This document shows, in pieces, positions 28,341 through 38,209 of a stretch of DNA of 64,000 nt (its first letter is position 1; each line of letters opens with the position of its first letter). The position numbers were made by a program, and so were the translations under genes. The notes beneath the pieces were generated by a model, which was given only the letters and a program-made list of their open reading frames with translations, made no database searches and was not told the origin of the DNA. Source of the DNA: a bacterium (GTDB lineage: Bacteria; Patescibacteriota; Patescibacteriia; 2-12-FULL-60-25); contig JAJYXM010000016.1 of NCBI GenBank assembly GCA_021796435.1, positions 374,625 to 438,624 on the forward strand, given 5' to 3'.

Positions 28341-29350
28341 TTCTTAAATTTTTTGGCTATCCACTTGGCGAGCCTGTAGATCACATACAGGATGAGTAGG
28401 ATAGGCAAGAGCAGGCCGATGCCGTAGAAAAACGCTGCGATGAGGAAATCGACTAGGCCTTGCAGGGCGATGACGAGTCCGCGGAAAGACAGCCGTATCG
28501 TCTCCAGCGGTTTCCAGGTGCGTGTGGGTATCTCGATCTGGGTTTCCTCGGTGATGGTCAGATTAAGCGTAGCGTAATCCGTCTTGTCGGTCAGATAACG
28601 CAACTGTCCCTGCATCTGTTCGATGCGTGTGCGGACTTGGCTCAAAGCACTCGTGACTTTCAGCGTATCCTCCACGGTCTTGGCTTCTTTGAGGATGTCG
28701 AGATATTGCGCTTCTTCGGCTTGGGCGGCTTTCAGGCGCGCATTCAGGTCCACGAACTGATCCGTCACGTCATCCGCATTGGATGATTCGGAAAGGACCA
28801 CGACCGAGAGTTTCTTCGCTGCGGCAACGAGCTCGTCGAATTTATCCGAGGCGACACGGATGGTGATGTAAGCGGTCTTTACTCCGGCGTTATCCTGCAG
28901 ATTGGAGCTGGCGACGAACCCGCCGTATTGCGTAGCGAGTCCCTTGGCTTCTTCCAGACGTTTCTCCGTATTATCGACGCGGATCGACAGATATCCGTTG
29001 CGGATGATCTTCTGTCCGACATTGGCGCGTTCTTCGGCGGTTGCGCCGCTGCCTCCATAGTACGGCATGATCTCCGGCATGGCGGAATCCATCATGTCGT
29101 AGGCCGGACTTGGCGCTGCGCTCGGGGCAATGGCTTTGCTCGAGACGATCCCACCGGAGACGGAGTAATCCATCATCCCCATTCCGGTTCCGGCGGTCTG
29201 GAGGCTATTGCGGGATGAGGAAGTGGTGCCGAAAGACCAGGCGAGAATTAAGATGACGATAAATGAGACGACGATCGTACCGATGATCGTCAAAACCACG
29301 GTGCGTCCGGTATGCGGACGGACCGGAGGGGGCGTGTTTGGTGTAGGCAT
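28337..29350 (-). CDS. DUF4349-like membrane protein
   Basis: N-terminal TM, central coiled-coil region, C-terminal TM pair with a KKFKK tail. Overall DUF4349-like layout. Confidence 0.45.
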   Translation of the reverse strand: MPTPNTPPPVRPHTGRTVVLTIIGTIVVSFIVILILAWSFGTTSSSRNSLQTAGTGMGMMDYSVSGGIVSSKAIAPSAAPSPAYDMMDSAMPEIMPYYGGSGATAEERANVGQKIIRNGYLSIRVDNTEKRLEEAKGLATQYGGFVASSNLQDNAGVKTAYITIRVASDKFDELVAAAKKLSVVVLSESSNADDVTDQFVDLNARLKAAQAEEAQYLDILKEAKTVEDTLKVTSALSQVRTRIEQMQGQLRYLTDKTDYATLNLTITEETQIEIPTRTWKPLETIRLSFRGLVIALQGLVDFLIAAFFYGIGLLLPILLILYVIYRLAKWIAKKFKK

Positions 29351-29511
29351 ATGTGGATAGGATAGCAGGAAATGGGCGAGGGGACGAGGGAAGTGTTTTT
29401 GAGATAGGGGAACGGCATTTTGCCGAAGAACGAGGTATTTAGTGTAACGTCATCGGAACACCTGAAGTTTTATCCAATAACGTTCGCGACTATAAGACCG
29501 AGCGGCTGTAT

Positions 29512-30312
29512 TTAAAATTCACAAGTACCAAACTGTCCTCCTTCTATAATTTCATCAATTACCTTTCCCTTCCATACAATGCCTAATTGTGCATGTATTT
29601 CACTTTGTCCAATTCTTCCTGAATAAACACCAAGAAACCCTCTTATTCTGCCAATAATTGAGTCATCTTTCATTAAGCCATTTTCCATTTTATGAATACC
29701 AATTCGCTGGAAAATTACAGGGGAACCTGAAAGGCCAGATCTTGTTGCAGTATCAACTAGTAACTTTGGTAATTGGTCTTCATCTACATCAGGTTCTGTC
29801 GCGATACTACCTTTCTTCCAAATTGGTAATCCCAAATATCGAAAATCTTCAAATGGATATCCAAGAATAAATACTTCATCTGATACTTCAGGTGGAATAT
29901 CATTTTCAAAATCATAATTATTTATTGGAAAATAATGAAAAGCTTCATTTTGTGTTAATTTTATAGCCACTACATCAACTTTGTTTTTATATGCAGGATG
30001 TACCAACCAACATGGTTTTTGAAATTCATCATCATGGTAAAGGTTGATTATTGTTTTGTTTGCACTACCGTCTTTTTGTTTTAATCTGAAGTAAGTAACA
30101 AAAACTGTAGGGATCCCAGAGTGTTTAGAGAGTGGTTCGCCTGAAATAGGATTTCTTCCAGTGGCATTATGCCAGTTAGTAATTAAATAGATTTCTTCAT
30201 TGTATTTATAGAGAAAAGAAGAGGCGGTCGAAAATATTGCATCACTATCAGAACGCCCTATTGCGATTTGGTGTGTAACTTGGGAAAGGTAATCTGGTTT
30301 AATTATATTCAT
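29512..30312 (-). CDS. Cytoplasmic trypsin-like (S1/chymotrypsin-fold) serine protease, encoded in an AT-rich islet
   Basis: LITNWHNA (His), VDVVAIKL (Asp) and TRSGLSGSPVI (GDSGGP-like Ser) triad motifs. No signal peptide. GC visibly far below the flanks. Confidence 0.55.
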   Translation of the reverse strand: MNIIKPDYLSQVTHQIAIGRSDSDAIFSTASSFLYKYNEEIYLITNWHNATGRNPISGEPLSKHSGIPTVFVTYFRLKQKDGSANKTIINLYHDDEFQKPCWLVHPAYKNKVDVVAIKLTQNEAFHYFPINNYDFENDIPPEVSDEVFILGYPFEDFRYLGLPIWKKGSIATEPDVDEDQLPKLLVDTATRSGLSGSPVIFQRIGIHKMENGLMKDDSIIGRIRGFLGVYSGRIGQSEIHAQLGIVWKGKVIDEIIEGGQFGTCEF

Positions 30313-30546
30313 ATTTCAACTTACGCTAATTAAAGCCCCCCAAATGTCTGACAACGTTTCCCGATGAAGCGAAGTTTTTGATTTTCTTCCTTGATTTTAA
30401 TTAATTAAGAAAAGAAAAGCAAAAATTTGGGTCGAAAGAAAAGTATATTCCTTATTAATATTTCTCTTTAAGCGAAGCGCAAGAGAAAGTTTAAATTAAG
30501 ATATTTTTCTGGAGCCGCTTATCGCGGTGTTAGATGATGTAAATTT

Positions 30547-30921
30547 TTATTTTTTAATATTAAATGCTTTAATAAACGATGATTCTTCAATTTTTGAAGT
30601 ATTAATACCTAGATCTTTACACATTGCTTTAAACAATTCGTATAACCTATCGTTAGCTAAGTGATTTTGACCAGATGTTAATGTGTCGTGTAGATTTTTT
30701 ACCTTATTTTGAATATCTGGTGAATTAGAAAAGACAACAAATATTTCATTTAGTGTTTTAGTGAAATTATCTCCAGACAAATTATATCTGTATCCAACGA
30801 AATTTCTTAAAACATCCATTTTTGTTCTTTTTTTATCTGAACGTTTATGGTAAAAAATCGAAATAAGAACGCCGATAATACCAGATATTAACGATGATGT
30901 TATTATTAAAAATGTGTTCAT
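30547..30921 (-). CDS. Small single-pass membrane protein (124 aa), partner of the islet protease
   Basis: N-terminal TM (FLIITSSLISGIIGVLISIFY), then a basic stretch and a helical soluble domain. Extremely AT-rich. Confidence 0.45.
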   Translation of the reverse strand: MNTFLIITSSLISGIIGVLISIFYHKRSDKKRTKMDVLRNFVGYRYNLSGDNFTKTLNEIFVVFSNSPDIQNKVKNLHDTLTSGQNHLANDRLYELFKAMCKDLGINTSKIEESSFIKAFNIKK

Positions 30922-31095
30922 AAAATTAAAAAATAAAAATTTATTTCATCTAACTAGCTTTTATACGACATTTTTACCCATAAGCGTCCAGCTTCTGCAT
31001 CTTAGGCGAAATATCGGTGGCGGTAAAGGTGGGTTTCGTTGCGGGTCGTGGACAGGATTTTTTTGCCAAATAACACTGTTTTTTAGCTGTCTCCT

Positions 31096-31842
31096 CTAAT
31101 TTTCAACGTATCCTCCATCCACGACAAAGGTCGAGCGGGTGATGAAACTGGCGTCATCCGAGACTAAGAACATGATCGCCTGTGCTATCTCTTCGGGTTT
31201 GCCGAACCTGCCAAGCAGTATCTTCTTCGTTTCGCTTTCCACGTAATCCTTATCAAGGTCTTTGTTTATTTCGGTTTCGACCCAGCCCGGCGCGACTGCG
31301 TTGACTCGGATGGTCGGCGCGAGTTGCGTCGCAAGATTCTTGGTCAAGCTGATGACGCCGGATTTCGATGCATCATAATCCATGGAGTCGGGACTCAACG
31401 TGTCGATTCCGTTCGTAGAAGCGATGTTCACGATGTTGCCTGAACCGTTCTTGAGCATATGCTGCGAGGCATATTTAGAACATAGGTATGTACCGATGAG
31501 GTTGACGTCTAGAGTCCTCTTCCATTGTTCGACGGTTCGTTCCTCAAAAGGGACGTCATAGACGATGCCTGCGTTGTTGACCAAGATATCGATCTTACCG
31601 AAAGCCTCGATACATTTTTCGACCATGGATTTAACCTGGTCTTCTTGGGCGACGTCGGCCTGTACGATCATCGCTACGCCATTCATTTTTACAATCTCGT
31701 CAGCTACCTCTTGGGCCCGTTGTTTTTCTTTCTCGAAGTTTATGACCACTTTTGCGCCTTCTTTGGCGAAAAGCAGGGCGGTGGCTCTGCCGATGCCTCG
31801 GCTCGCGCCTGTTATGAGCGCGACTTTGTCGTTCAGTTTCAT
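31096..31842 (-). CDS. Short-chain dehydrogenase/reductase (3-oxoacyl-ACP reductase FabG-like)
   Basis: TGASRGIG Rossmann motif. NNAG. YxxxK catalytic motif (YDASK). Confidence 0.75.
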   Translation of the reverse strand: MKLNDKVALITGASRGIGRATALLFAKEGAKVVINFEKEKQRAQEVADEIVKMNGVAMIVQADVAQEDQVKSMVEKCIEAFGKIDILVNNAGIVYDVPFEERTVEQWKRTLDVNLIGTYLCSKYASQHMLKNGSGNIVNIASTNGIDTLSPDSMDYDASKSGVISLTKNLATQLAPTIRVNAVAPGWVETEINKDLDKDYVESETKKILLGRFGKPEEIAQAIMFLVSDDASFITRSTFVVDGGYVEN

Positions 31843-31976
31843 AAAATGTTTAGTCTATCCTTAGCTTAGTCGAATTATGTGGTGTGGTAAAGATAGATTG
31901 GCGAAATAGCTGATGGTTTTAGATCCCGGCTCGCGCGACGCTTGGCCGGGATGACATATTGGGTTAACATGGCGCC

Positions 31977-34142
31977 ATGTCGGTTTTCGTATTACAGGAT
32001 GGCGGCGTGCCGGTTTCACGCCGTATAGATTATTCCCGTGAATTGAATCAGGAACAGCTGGATGTGGTGCTGAACGGCGATGGGCCGTGCTTGGTGTTGG
32101 CTGGAGCCGGGTCGGGCAAGACACGCACCGTGACGTATCGCGTGGCCTATCTTCTGGAGCAGGGCGTAGATCCGCAATCCATCATGCTCCTGACCTTCAC
32201 CAACAAGGCGGCGCGCGAGATGATGCAGCGCGTCGAATCCCTGCTTGGCCAGACGGCGCGCGGCGTGTGGGGCGGGACGTTCCATTCGACGGCGAACCGC
32301 ATCCTGCGATCGGGGCATGCCGTGTCAGATTATGGACGCAACTTCACGATCCTGGACCAGGAAGATTCGCAGAGCCTGATCAAGGCTGTGATGAAGGAAC
32401 TGAAGATCGATCCGAAAGCGCGCAGGTTCCCGACCGCTGCGGTGCTGCAGAATGTAGTATCTTTCGCGCGTAACACGCTGCAGAGCGTGGGGAGCGCCTT
32501 GGAACTTAAGCATGAGAATTTTTTGCCGCTCCTGTCCGATATCGAAGCCGTGGCCGAAATCTATGCGCGGCGCAAACGTGAAGCGAACGTGATGGATTTC
32601 GATGATCTGCTCGCCAATTGGCTCGGCCTGCTGAACCATCCCGATATCGGTCCGGCGATTGCCGGTCGGTTCAAGTATGTCCTGGTCGATGAGTATCAGG
32701 ACACGAATGCGATCCAGGCGGCGATCATCCGACAATTAGGTGGGGTGCATGGGAATGTACTCGTCGTCGGTGACGATGCGCAGTCCATCTACGCCTTCCG
32801 CGGCGCGGATGTGAAGAACATACTGGATTTCCCGAACGAGTGGCCGAAGGCGAAGATCTTCAAGCTGTTGACGAACTACCGCAGCGCGCCGGAGATACTC
32901 GAGCTCGCCAACGAATCGCTGCAGCACAACACCAAGCAGTTCCAAAAGGATCTGCGGGCCGTACGAGGGGCGGGCGTCAAACCGAACATGGTCGCCGTCG
33001 CTTCGGCCAGTCAGGAAGCGCGTTATGTCGCGGAACAGATCCTGTCTTTGCGTGCGCAAGGCACGGCTCTCGGCAACATGGCCGTACTCTTCCGTTCGTC
33101 GGCGCATTCGCAGGCGTTGGAATTCGAATTGATGAAACGCGACGTGCCGTATGAATACCGCGGCGGCATGAAGTTCTTCGAGCGCGCCCACATCAAAGAT
33201 GCGTTGTCGCATCTGCGGGTCATCCATAACGTACATGATGAAGTCGCTTGGTTGCGCATCCTGAATCTGCAGACGGGAATCGGCGCAGCGACGGCCGGAA
33301 CTTTGGTCAACCGTATCCGGGGCATGGAAAGCATCGAGATGGTCTTGGATAAGGCGGGTCAGGAATTGCCGTCACGCGCGACACAGGGATTCCAAGTCTT
33401 GGTCGAGATGGAGCGCGACATGCTGGCGCAAGCGCCGGCTCCGGCTTTCATGCTACGTACTTTCTTGCAGTCGCCATACCGCGATTATCTTGAGCGTGAA
33501 TATCCTGATTGGCGTGATCGTTTCGAGGATCTGGAGCAATTGGTCGTGTTCGCCGAGAACTATCATGATCTTTCGTCTTTTTTGGCGGACATCGCATTGT
33601 ACGATGAGGTGGCGGCGAAGCGTGAAGAGGCCGATGCTTCGGGGGAAAGCGAGAGGATAATCCTTTCCACCATACATCAAGCCAAAGGTCTTGAGTGGGA
33701 TACGGTGTTCATCATCCATCTGGCGGATTCGTTCTTCCCGAACAAGCGGGCTATGGGCGAAGAAGGGGGGATAGAGGAAGAACGGCGTCTGTTTTATGTC
33801 GCTGTGACACGTGCCAAGCAACGGTTGTTCTTGTGTTATCCAGTGACTGCAGGATATGACGCGCTCATGTTCAATCAGCCGTCGCTTTTTATTGAAGAGC
33901 TTTCGCCGCGCTTGATGGAGAGGATCGAAGTCAGGGAAGAGGGGGCGAGTCGTACCGCGTACCGCGCACCGCGTACGTCAGATGATTGGAGTTGGGATGA
34001 AGGTTACGAAGAACCATCGATCGAAATAGATAGGTACGGGAACAGGAATCAGGGTTCGGCGAGCAAGACGGTGTGGAAGTCGTCGACGAGTAATGACAAG
34101 AAGAAACCCTCGTCATTCTTGAGGGATGTAGATGAGTTGTAA
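31977..34142 (+). CDS. uvrD: UvrD/PcrA-type superfamily-1 DNA helicase
   Basis: LNQEQLDVV...GPCLVLAGAGSGKTRT (Walker A). DEYQDTN. Other SF1 motifs. Confidence 0.8.
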   Translation: MSVFVLQDGGVPVSRRIDYSRELNQEQLDVVLNGDGPCLVLAGAGSGKTRTVTYRVAYLLEQGVDPQSIMLLTFTNKAAREMMQRVESLLGQTARGVWGGTFHSTANRILRSGHAVSDYGRNFTILDQEDSQSLIKAVMKELKIDPKARRFPTAAVLQNVVSFARNTLQSVGSALELKHENFLPLLSDIEAVAEIYARRKREANVMDFDDLLANWLGLLNHPDIGPAIAGRFKYVLVDEYQDTNAIQAAIIRQLGGVHGNVLVVGDDAQSIYAFRGADVKNILDFPNEWPKAKIFKLLTNYRSAPEILELANESLQHNTKQFQKDLRAVRGAGVKPNMVAVASASQEARYVAEQILSLRAQGTALGNMAVLFRSSAHSQALEFELMKRDVPYEYRGGMKFFERAHIKDALSHLRVIHNVHDEVAWLRILNLQTGIGAATAGTLVNRIRGMESIEMVLDKAGQELPSRATQGFQVLVEMERDMLAQAPAPAFMLRTFLQSPYRDYLEREYPDWRDRFEDLEQLVVFAENYHDLSSFLADIALYDEVAAKREEADASGESERIILSTIHQAKGLEWDTVFIIHLADSFFPNKRAMGEEGGIEEERRLFYVAVTRAKQRLFLCYPVTAGYDALMFNQPSLFIEELSPRLMERIEVREEGASRTAYRAPRTSDDWSWDEGYEEPSIEIDRYGNRNQGSASKTVWKSSTSNDKKKPSSFLRDVDEL

Positions 34143-34214
34143 ATCAGAGTTTTGACTTTCCGTATAACATGAAATAGGCTTGAGTCGTTCCTTTCAGTTG
34201 TGGAGGAGGATGCT

Positions 34215-34586
34215 ATGCCGATCACATGCGCTGAGTGTCAGACGGAGCTCTCCATGGGTTTCAACTTTTTTGTGGCCCACCAGGTCATGTTGACCGGGGA
34301 AGTCGCGGAGCTGCCTGATCCTGAAGACAAGACGCGGACGGCCAACGCTTTCGTCTGCCCGGGTTGTCTGGCCAAGGTGCCGGATCACGCCAAGCACGTC
34401 GAGGCGAAGCGCGCCAGACAGCCGCATTGGCACTCGATCATCGCGATTGCGCCTGTCGATACGGCCAAATGCGACTATTCGGCGTTCGGCAAGGCGCCGG
34501 TCACCGGAGAATACACGTTCGTCAAACTCGGCGTGTTCAAGCGACGGCTGCCCAAAGCCATGCTGGAGATCACGAAGAACTTCTAG
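34215..34586 (+). CDS. Hypothetical zinc-ribbon protein
   Basis: GGAGGAGG RBS 5 nt upstream. CAEC...CPGC cysteine pairs. Confidence 0.45.
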   Translation: MPITCAECQTELSMGFNFFVAHQVMLTGEVAELPDPEDKTRTANAFVCPGCLAKVPDHAKHVEAKRARQPHWHSIIAIAPVDTAKCDYSAFGKAPVTGEYTFVKLGVFKRRLPKAMLEITKNF

Positions 34587-34600
34587 AGGCGAGGGAGGAC

Positions 34601-35665
34601 ATGATGAATATATATCACGAGATGTTTCGCGGTCTGGACAAGGCACAGATCAAGGCCAAACTCGCACTCGTAAGCCGTGTAATCTACGGAGCCTTCGGCT
34701 CGTACGAAGCATTCGTCGCTACCCTCGAGAACAGTGAGGTTGGTCTTTCGCCTGATGAGTTGCTTGCTTGCGCCAAGTGGCGAGAGGCTAATTCGGATTG
34801 GCCGCCGACGAAGCTGTATCGAAGGTACGCCGAGGTTGGCGGGAACCGCGACGAGTTTTACGCCCATCTGCTCCGTCGACACCATCTGCTGGATTTGCGT
34901 GAACATTTTCCGGAACGGGTCACGCCGAAGTTGCTGAAGGAGTTCGGTTGGTTTTGGTTCGAAGAGGCGCTTGCGAATCACGTGCACGGGTTCAATCCGG
35001 CTTACGAAGCATTCCGTGATGCCGGGTACAAGCGGGGAATGGTCGAGATCCGTCGGGCCGCGATCGATTGCTGCGATCTTGGGTTCATCAAGAGATACGG
35101 CATCGCACTCGGCTCCCGCGAGAAGTCCTGGATAGCCAGGGACCTTGCCGAAAACGCGAGGGGTAATGAGCCGGCGGATGTCTGTCGGTTTTTGGTGGAA
35201 AACGGTTTCACCCGCCATTACCGCAGATTCCTGGAAACCGCGAGTCTGTCTGAGACGCGTTATTCGACCTATCTGTACTTCTCAGAGATCCTGGGGGTCG
35301 AATCGACCACTGAGTTCTTGGAGGAGGAGCTGTATCCGGTCGTGGAGAATGAAGCCGACAAGTTTGATCTCTGCAGTGAGCTCCACCGGCGTAACCCGCG
35401 TAAGTGGGAAAAAGAGCTGAAGATGCTGGCAGCCCGACGGCGGATGCGCTCTCTGGAGTGCGGCGAGCCGGTAAAGGCTGATAAGATGGCCAAGATCTGC
35501 GATACGCCCTTGACGGTCGAGGAGCTGCTCGGCATCCACGCGCGTTACATCCTCGACGAGAGACTGGTCATGCGCACCAAGGCCGTCCAGGCGCTGGACA
35601 TGGCAACCAAGATCGTCGCCAAGCAGGCGGGTGCCGCCAAGCCCAAGAAAGCGAAGGCGGCGTGA
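34601..35665 (+). CDS. Hypothetical helical protein with a Lys/Ala-rich histone-H1-like C-terminal tail
   Basis: GAGGGAGG RBS, then ATG at 34601. The ORF-track extension to 34364 overlaps the upstream gene and was trimmed. Tail KQAGAAKPKKAKAA. Confidence 0.5.
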   Translation: MMNIYHEMFRGLDKAQIKAKLALVSRVIYGAFGSYEAFVATLENSEVGLSPDELLACAKWREANSDWPPTKLYRRYAEVGGNRDEFYAHLLRRHHLLDLREHFPERVTPKLLKEFGWFWFEEALANHVHGFNPAYEAFRDAGYKRGMVEIRRAAIDCCDLGFIKRYGIALGSREKSWIARDLAENARGNEPADVCRFLVENGFTRHYRRFLETASLSETRYSTYLYFSEILGVESTTEFLEEELYPVVENEADKFDLCSELHRRNPRKWEKELKMLAARRRMRSLECGEPVKADKMAKICDTPLTVEELLGIHARYILDERLVMRTKAVQALDMATKIVAKQAGAAKPKKAKAA

Positions 35666-35783
35666 CAAAGCATCAGGGCGAGGCGATATGTCTCGACCCT
35701 GCATCAACGAAGCGACTCGTGGCTCAACGGGTCGCTTTTCCGTTTCAGATGACTTGAGGTTCTATTTGGCATACAATCTCCAC

Positions 35784-36356
35784 ATGATTTATTTCCTTTG
35801 GTTTGTCCTGATCGCATTGATCGTATCGACGACGACATCGCTCGCGTTGATCCTGAATGAGACGTGGCGCATCACGATCAGGCGCGGCGTGCCGGCGGTG
35901 TCATCTTCTTGGCCGGTGGTGGATAAGGTCATTAAAGCACAAGTTTTTCCTCGTGAAGGACTTATTTTGGATTTGGGTTGTGGTACGGGTTGGGCGTTGC
36001 GGAGGATTTGGCGTGCGGGATACAACGGACCGTTCATCGGATATGAGACGGCGTTGTTGCCGTATCTTGTCGGTAGATCCTGGAATTGGATCACGCGCGC
36101 GCCGGTGAAGATTGTGAGGCAGGATTTTTCCGCAGCGCCGTTCGAGAAGGCGAAGGGTATATATCTTTTCCTTTTGCCGCGGATGCTGCCGGAAGTCGGC
36201 AAGATGATCGCAACAAAATCTCGCGTCGGTACGGTCGTGGTTTCGGCGGAGTTCGCGATCCCGGGATGGGAAGCGGAGAAGGTACTGGAAGCCAGAGGTG
36301 TGACCGCACGGCAAGCGAAAATCCATGTTTACCGCGTGAAAGCCCAGGAATCTTGA
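35784..36356 (+). CDS. Membrane-anchored class I SAM-dependent methyltransferase
   Basis: N-terminal TM. ILDLGCGTGW motif I. Alternative start at 35688. Confidence 0.55.
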   Translation: MIYFLWFVLIALIVSTTTSLALILNETWRITIRRGVPAVSSSWPVVDKVIKAQVFPREGLILDLGCGTGWALRRIWRAGYNGPFIGYETALLPYLVGRSWNWITRAPVKIVRQDFSAAPFEKAKGIYLFLLPRMLPEVGKMIATKSRVGTVVVSAEFAIPGWEAEKVLEARGVTARQAKIHVYRVKAQES

Positions 36357-36388
36357 GTTTTTACGGGTAAAATGGTAAAGAATCATGC

Positions 36389-37375
36389 ATGAGATCAGCC
36401 AGGACAAGGCTTCCCGGGCATCCGGATAAGGCGTGTGATTTGGTCGTCGAAGCGATAGTGGACGAATATCTGCGTCGTGATCCAGAGTCGCGATTGAGCA
36501 TCAACGCCATAGGTGGGCGTGGTGCTATTTTTGTTTGTGGTGACGTGAAGAGTGATGCGGATTTCGACGTCACCTCGATCGTGAGACAGACTTTGGGTAA
36601 GGCTGGGGTGATCCAGGAGTTCGAGCCCTTCATCGCCATCGAGCAGGTCGCGCCGGAACAACGGGAGCAGATGACTACGGGTCCGGCCGAAAGCGTCACC
36701 GTAGTGGGATATGCAACGCAGGATACGGTCGATATGTTGCCGCGACCGGTTTCGTTGTCGCGCGTGATCGCTAAACGATTGTACGATCTGAGGACGGGCG
36801 ATGAGACGTGGTTTTGGCTAGGTGCGGATGGCGAGGTCGCGGTACATGAGGAGGGTAACGACGTCTATGTTCGTCTTTTGATAGAACACGGAAGCCACGA
36901 CTTGAGCTTGGCGAGGAACAAACTGACGGAAGTCGTACGCGCTCTGGCGCCGGAGGCGAAGATAAAGATCAATCCGCTCGGCCCGAACGAAGTGCGTGGG
37001 TTGCATAATGTGTCCGGAGCATCAGGCAAAGACATGTCGGCGTATGGTCCGATGTTGCCGGCGGTGCGCGGAGGGATCGGATATGATTTGCGGCATCCGG
37101 AAAAATCCGGCGCTTGGTTGGCTCGTGCAGCGGCACGAAAGCTGGTGGCCCAAGGCGCGAAGTCGGCCATGGTGCAGCTGGTCTACGAAGCCGGTGACTC
37201 GTTCCCGTCGCATATCACGGCGCGTGACGAGAAAGGTAACGACCTTTCGTCGTCTTTGGATAAAGAGGAACTATCGATCAAGCGCGTACTCTCCGATTGG
37301 CAGAGGCCGGGCCTGAATTCAGAGGCGGCTCTGTGGGGATTCGCCGGTCAAGCTGGGTTGCCTTGGGAAGAATAG
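36389..37375 (+). CDS. Divergent, truncated S-adenosylmethionine synthetase (MetK)-like protein
   Basis: GHPDK signature, GYAT.DT.DMLP and INP.G blocks collinear with MetK. GAGDQG, DTYGG and GGGAFSGKD are replaced (PAES, SAYGP, GGIGYDLRH). 328 aa against about 385 for canonical MetK. Confidence 0.55.
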   Translation: MRSARTRLPGHPDKACDLVVEAIVDEYLRRDPESRLSINAIGGRGAIFVCGDVKSDADFDVTSIVRQTLGKAGVIQEFEPFIAIEQVAPEQREQMTTGPAESVTVVGYATQDTVDMLPRPVSLSRVIAKRLYDLRTGDETWFWLGADGEVAVHEEGNDVYVRLLIEHGSHDLSLARNKLTEVVRALAPEAKIKINPLGPNEVRGLHNVSGASGKDMSAYGPMLPAVRGGIGYDLRHPEKSGAWLARAAARKLVAQGAKSAMVQLVYEAGDSFPSHITARDEKGNDLSSSLDKEELSIKRVLSDWQRPGLNSEAALWGFAGQAGLPWEE

Positions 37376-37400
37376 TTCGGTCTGCTAGAATGAAGCGGTT

Positions 37401-38177
37401 ATGAAAAATAATTGGTTAGCCTATACATCCATCTCGCTCTTATTATTGTTCGGCGCCGGATGCTCCAATGATAATCCGACCGAATTGGACAGACCGTTGC
37501 AGGCCGGAGGAACGGATCAGAGCCAAAACGGGTTGGTCGAACCTCCGCCGAGTCCGCCTCAAGAACAAACTAATAGCGAAGAACAAAATATGTCACAAGC
37601 CAATCCGAGCGATATAACCAATGCCGAAGAGAAAGCGGCCGACGCGACCAGCACGCAGCCTGAAGTCAAGGATGAGCCTTTAGCCTTCCCTGGAGTATTG
37701 CCGAGCGCAGAAATCACGAATAAACAGATCAGGGTCAAGACGTCCAAGGGCGATATCGTTTTCGAGTTGTTGCCCAAGGAAGGGCCGAATGCCGCGTCCA
37801 ATTTCGTCTATCTGGCCAAACGTAAATTCTACGACGGTCTGATGTTCCATCGTGTAGTGCCGCACTTCGTGATCCAGGGCGGCGATCCTTTGACGCGTTA
37901 TCCGCAGGATCCGTATCATCCGTACGGTTCAGGCGATCCCGGCTACAAATTCGCGGACGACAAAGTCACGCAATGGTATACGACGGGGACCGTGGCGATG
38001 GCCAATTCCGGCCCGAACACGAACGGTTCGCAGTTCTTCATCATGCTGGAGACGCCCAACTGGGACATGCCCAAAAGCTATTCGATCTTCGGACGTGTGA
38101 CCAAGGGTATGGACGTGGTCGGCAAGATCGCAGTCGGCGATAAGATAATATCCGTCACAGTGGAGCCGAAGAAGTGA
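37401..38177 (+). CDS. Cyclophilin-type peptidyl-prolyl cis-trans isomerase lipoprotein
   Basis: Lipobox LLFGAGC. FHRVVPHFVIQGGDP and MANSGPNTNGSQFFI motifs. Confidence 0.8.
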   Translation: MKNNWLAYTSISLLLLFGAGCSNDNPTELDRPLQAGGTDQSQNGLVEPPPSPPQEQTNSEEQNMSQANPSDITNAEEKAADATSTQPEVKDEPLAFPGVLPSAEITNKQIRVKTSKGDIVFELLPKEGPNAASNFVYLAKRKFYDGLMFHRVVPHFVIQGGDPLTRYPQDPYHPYGSGDPGYKFADDKVTQWYTTGTVAMANSGPNTNGSQFFIMLETPNWDMPKSYSIFGRVTKGMDVVGKIAVGDKIISVTVEPKK

Positions 38178-38209
38178 CGTAAAGCCGTTTTTCGGTGTAA
38201 AATGATGGT

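Noticed and set aside
34364-34600. A 79-codon N-terminal extension of the 34601..35665 gene as given in the ORF track.
   Set aside because: It overlaps the upstream zinc-ribbon gene in another frame. A strong GAGGGAGG RBS precedes the ATG at 34601.
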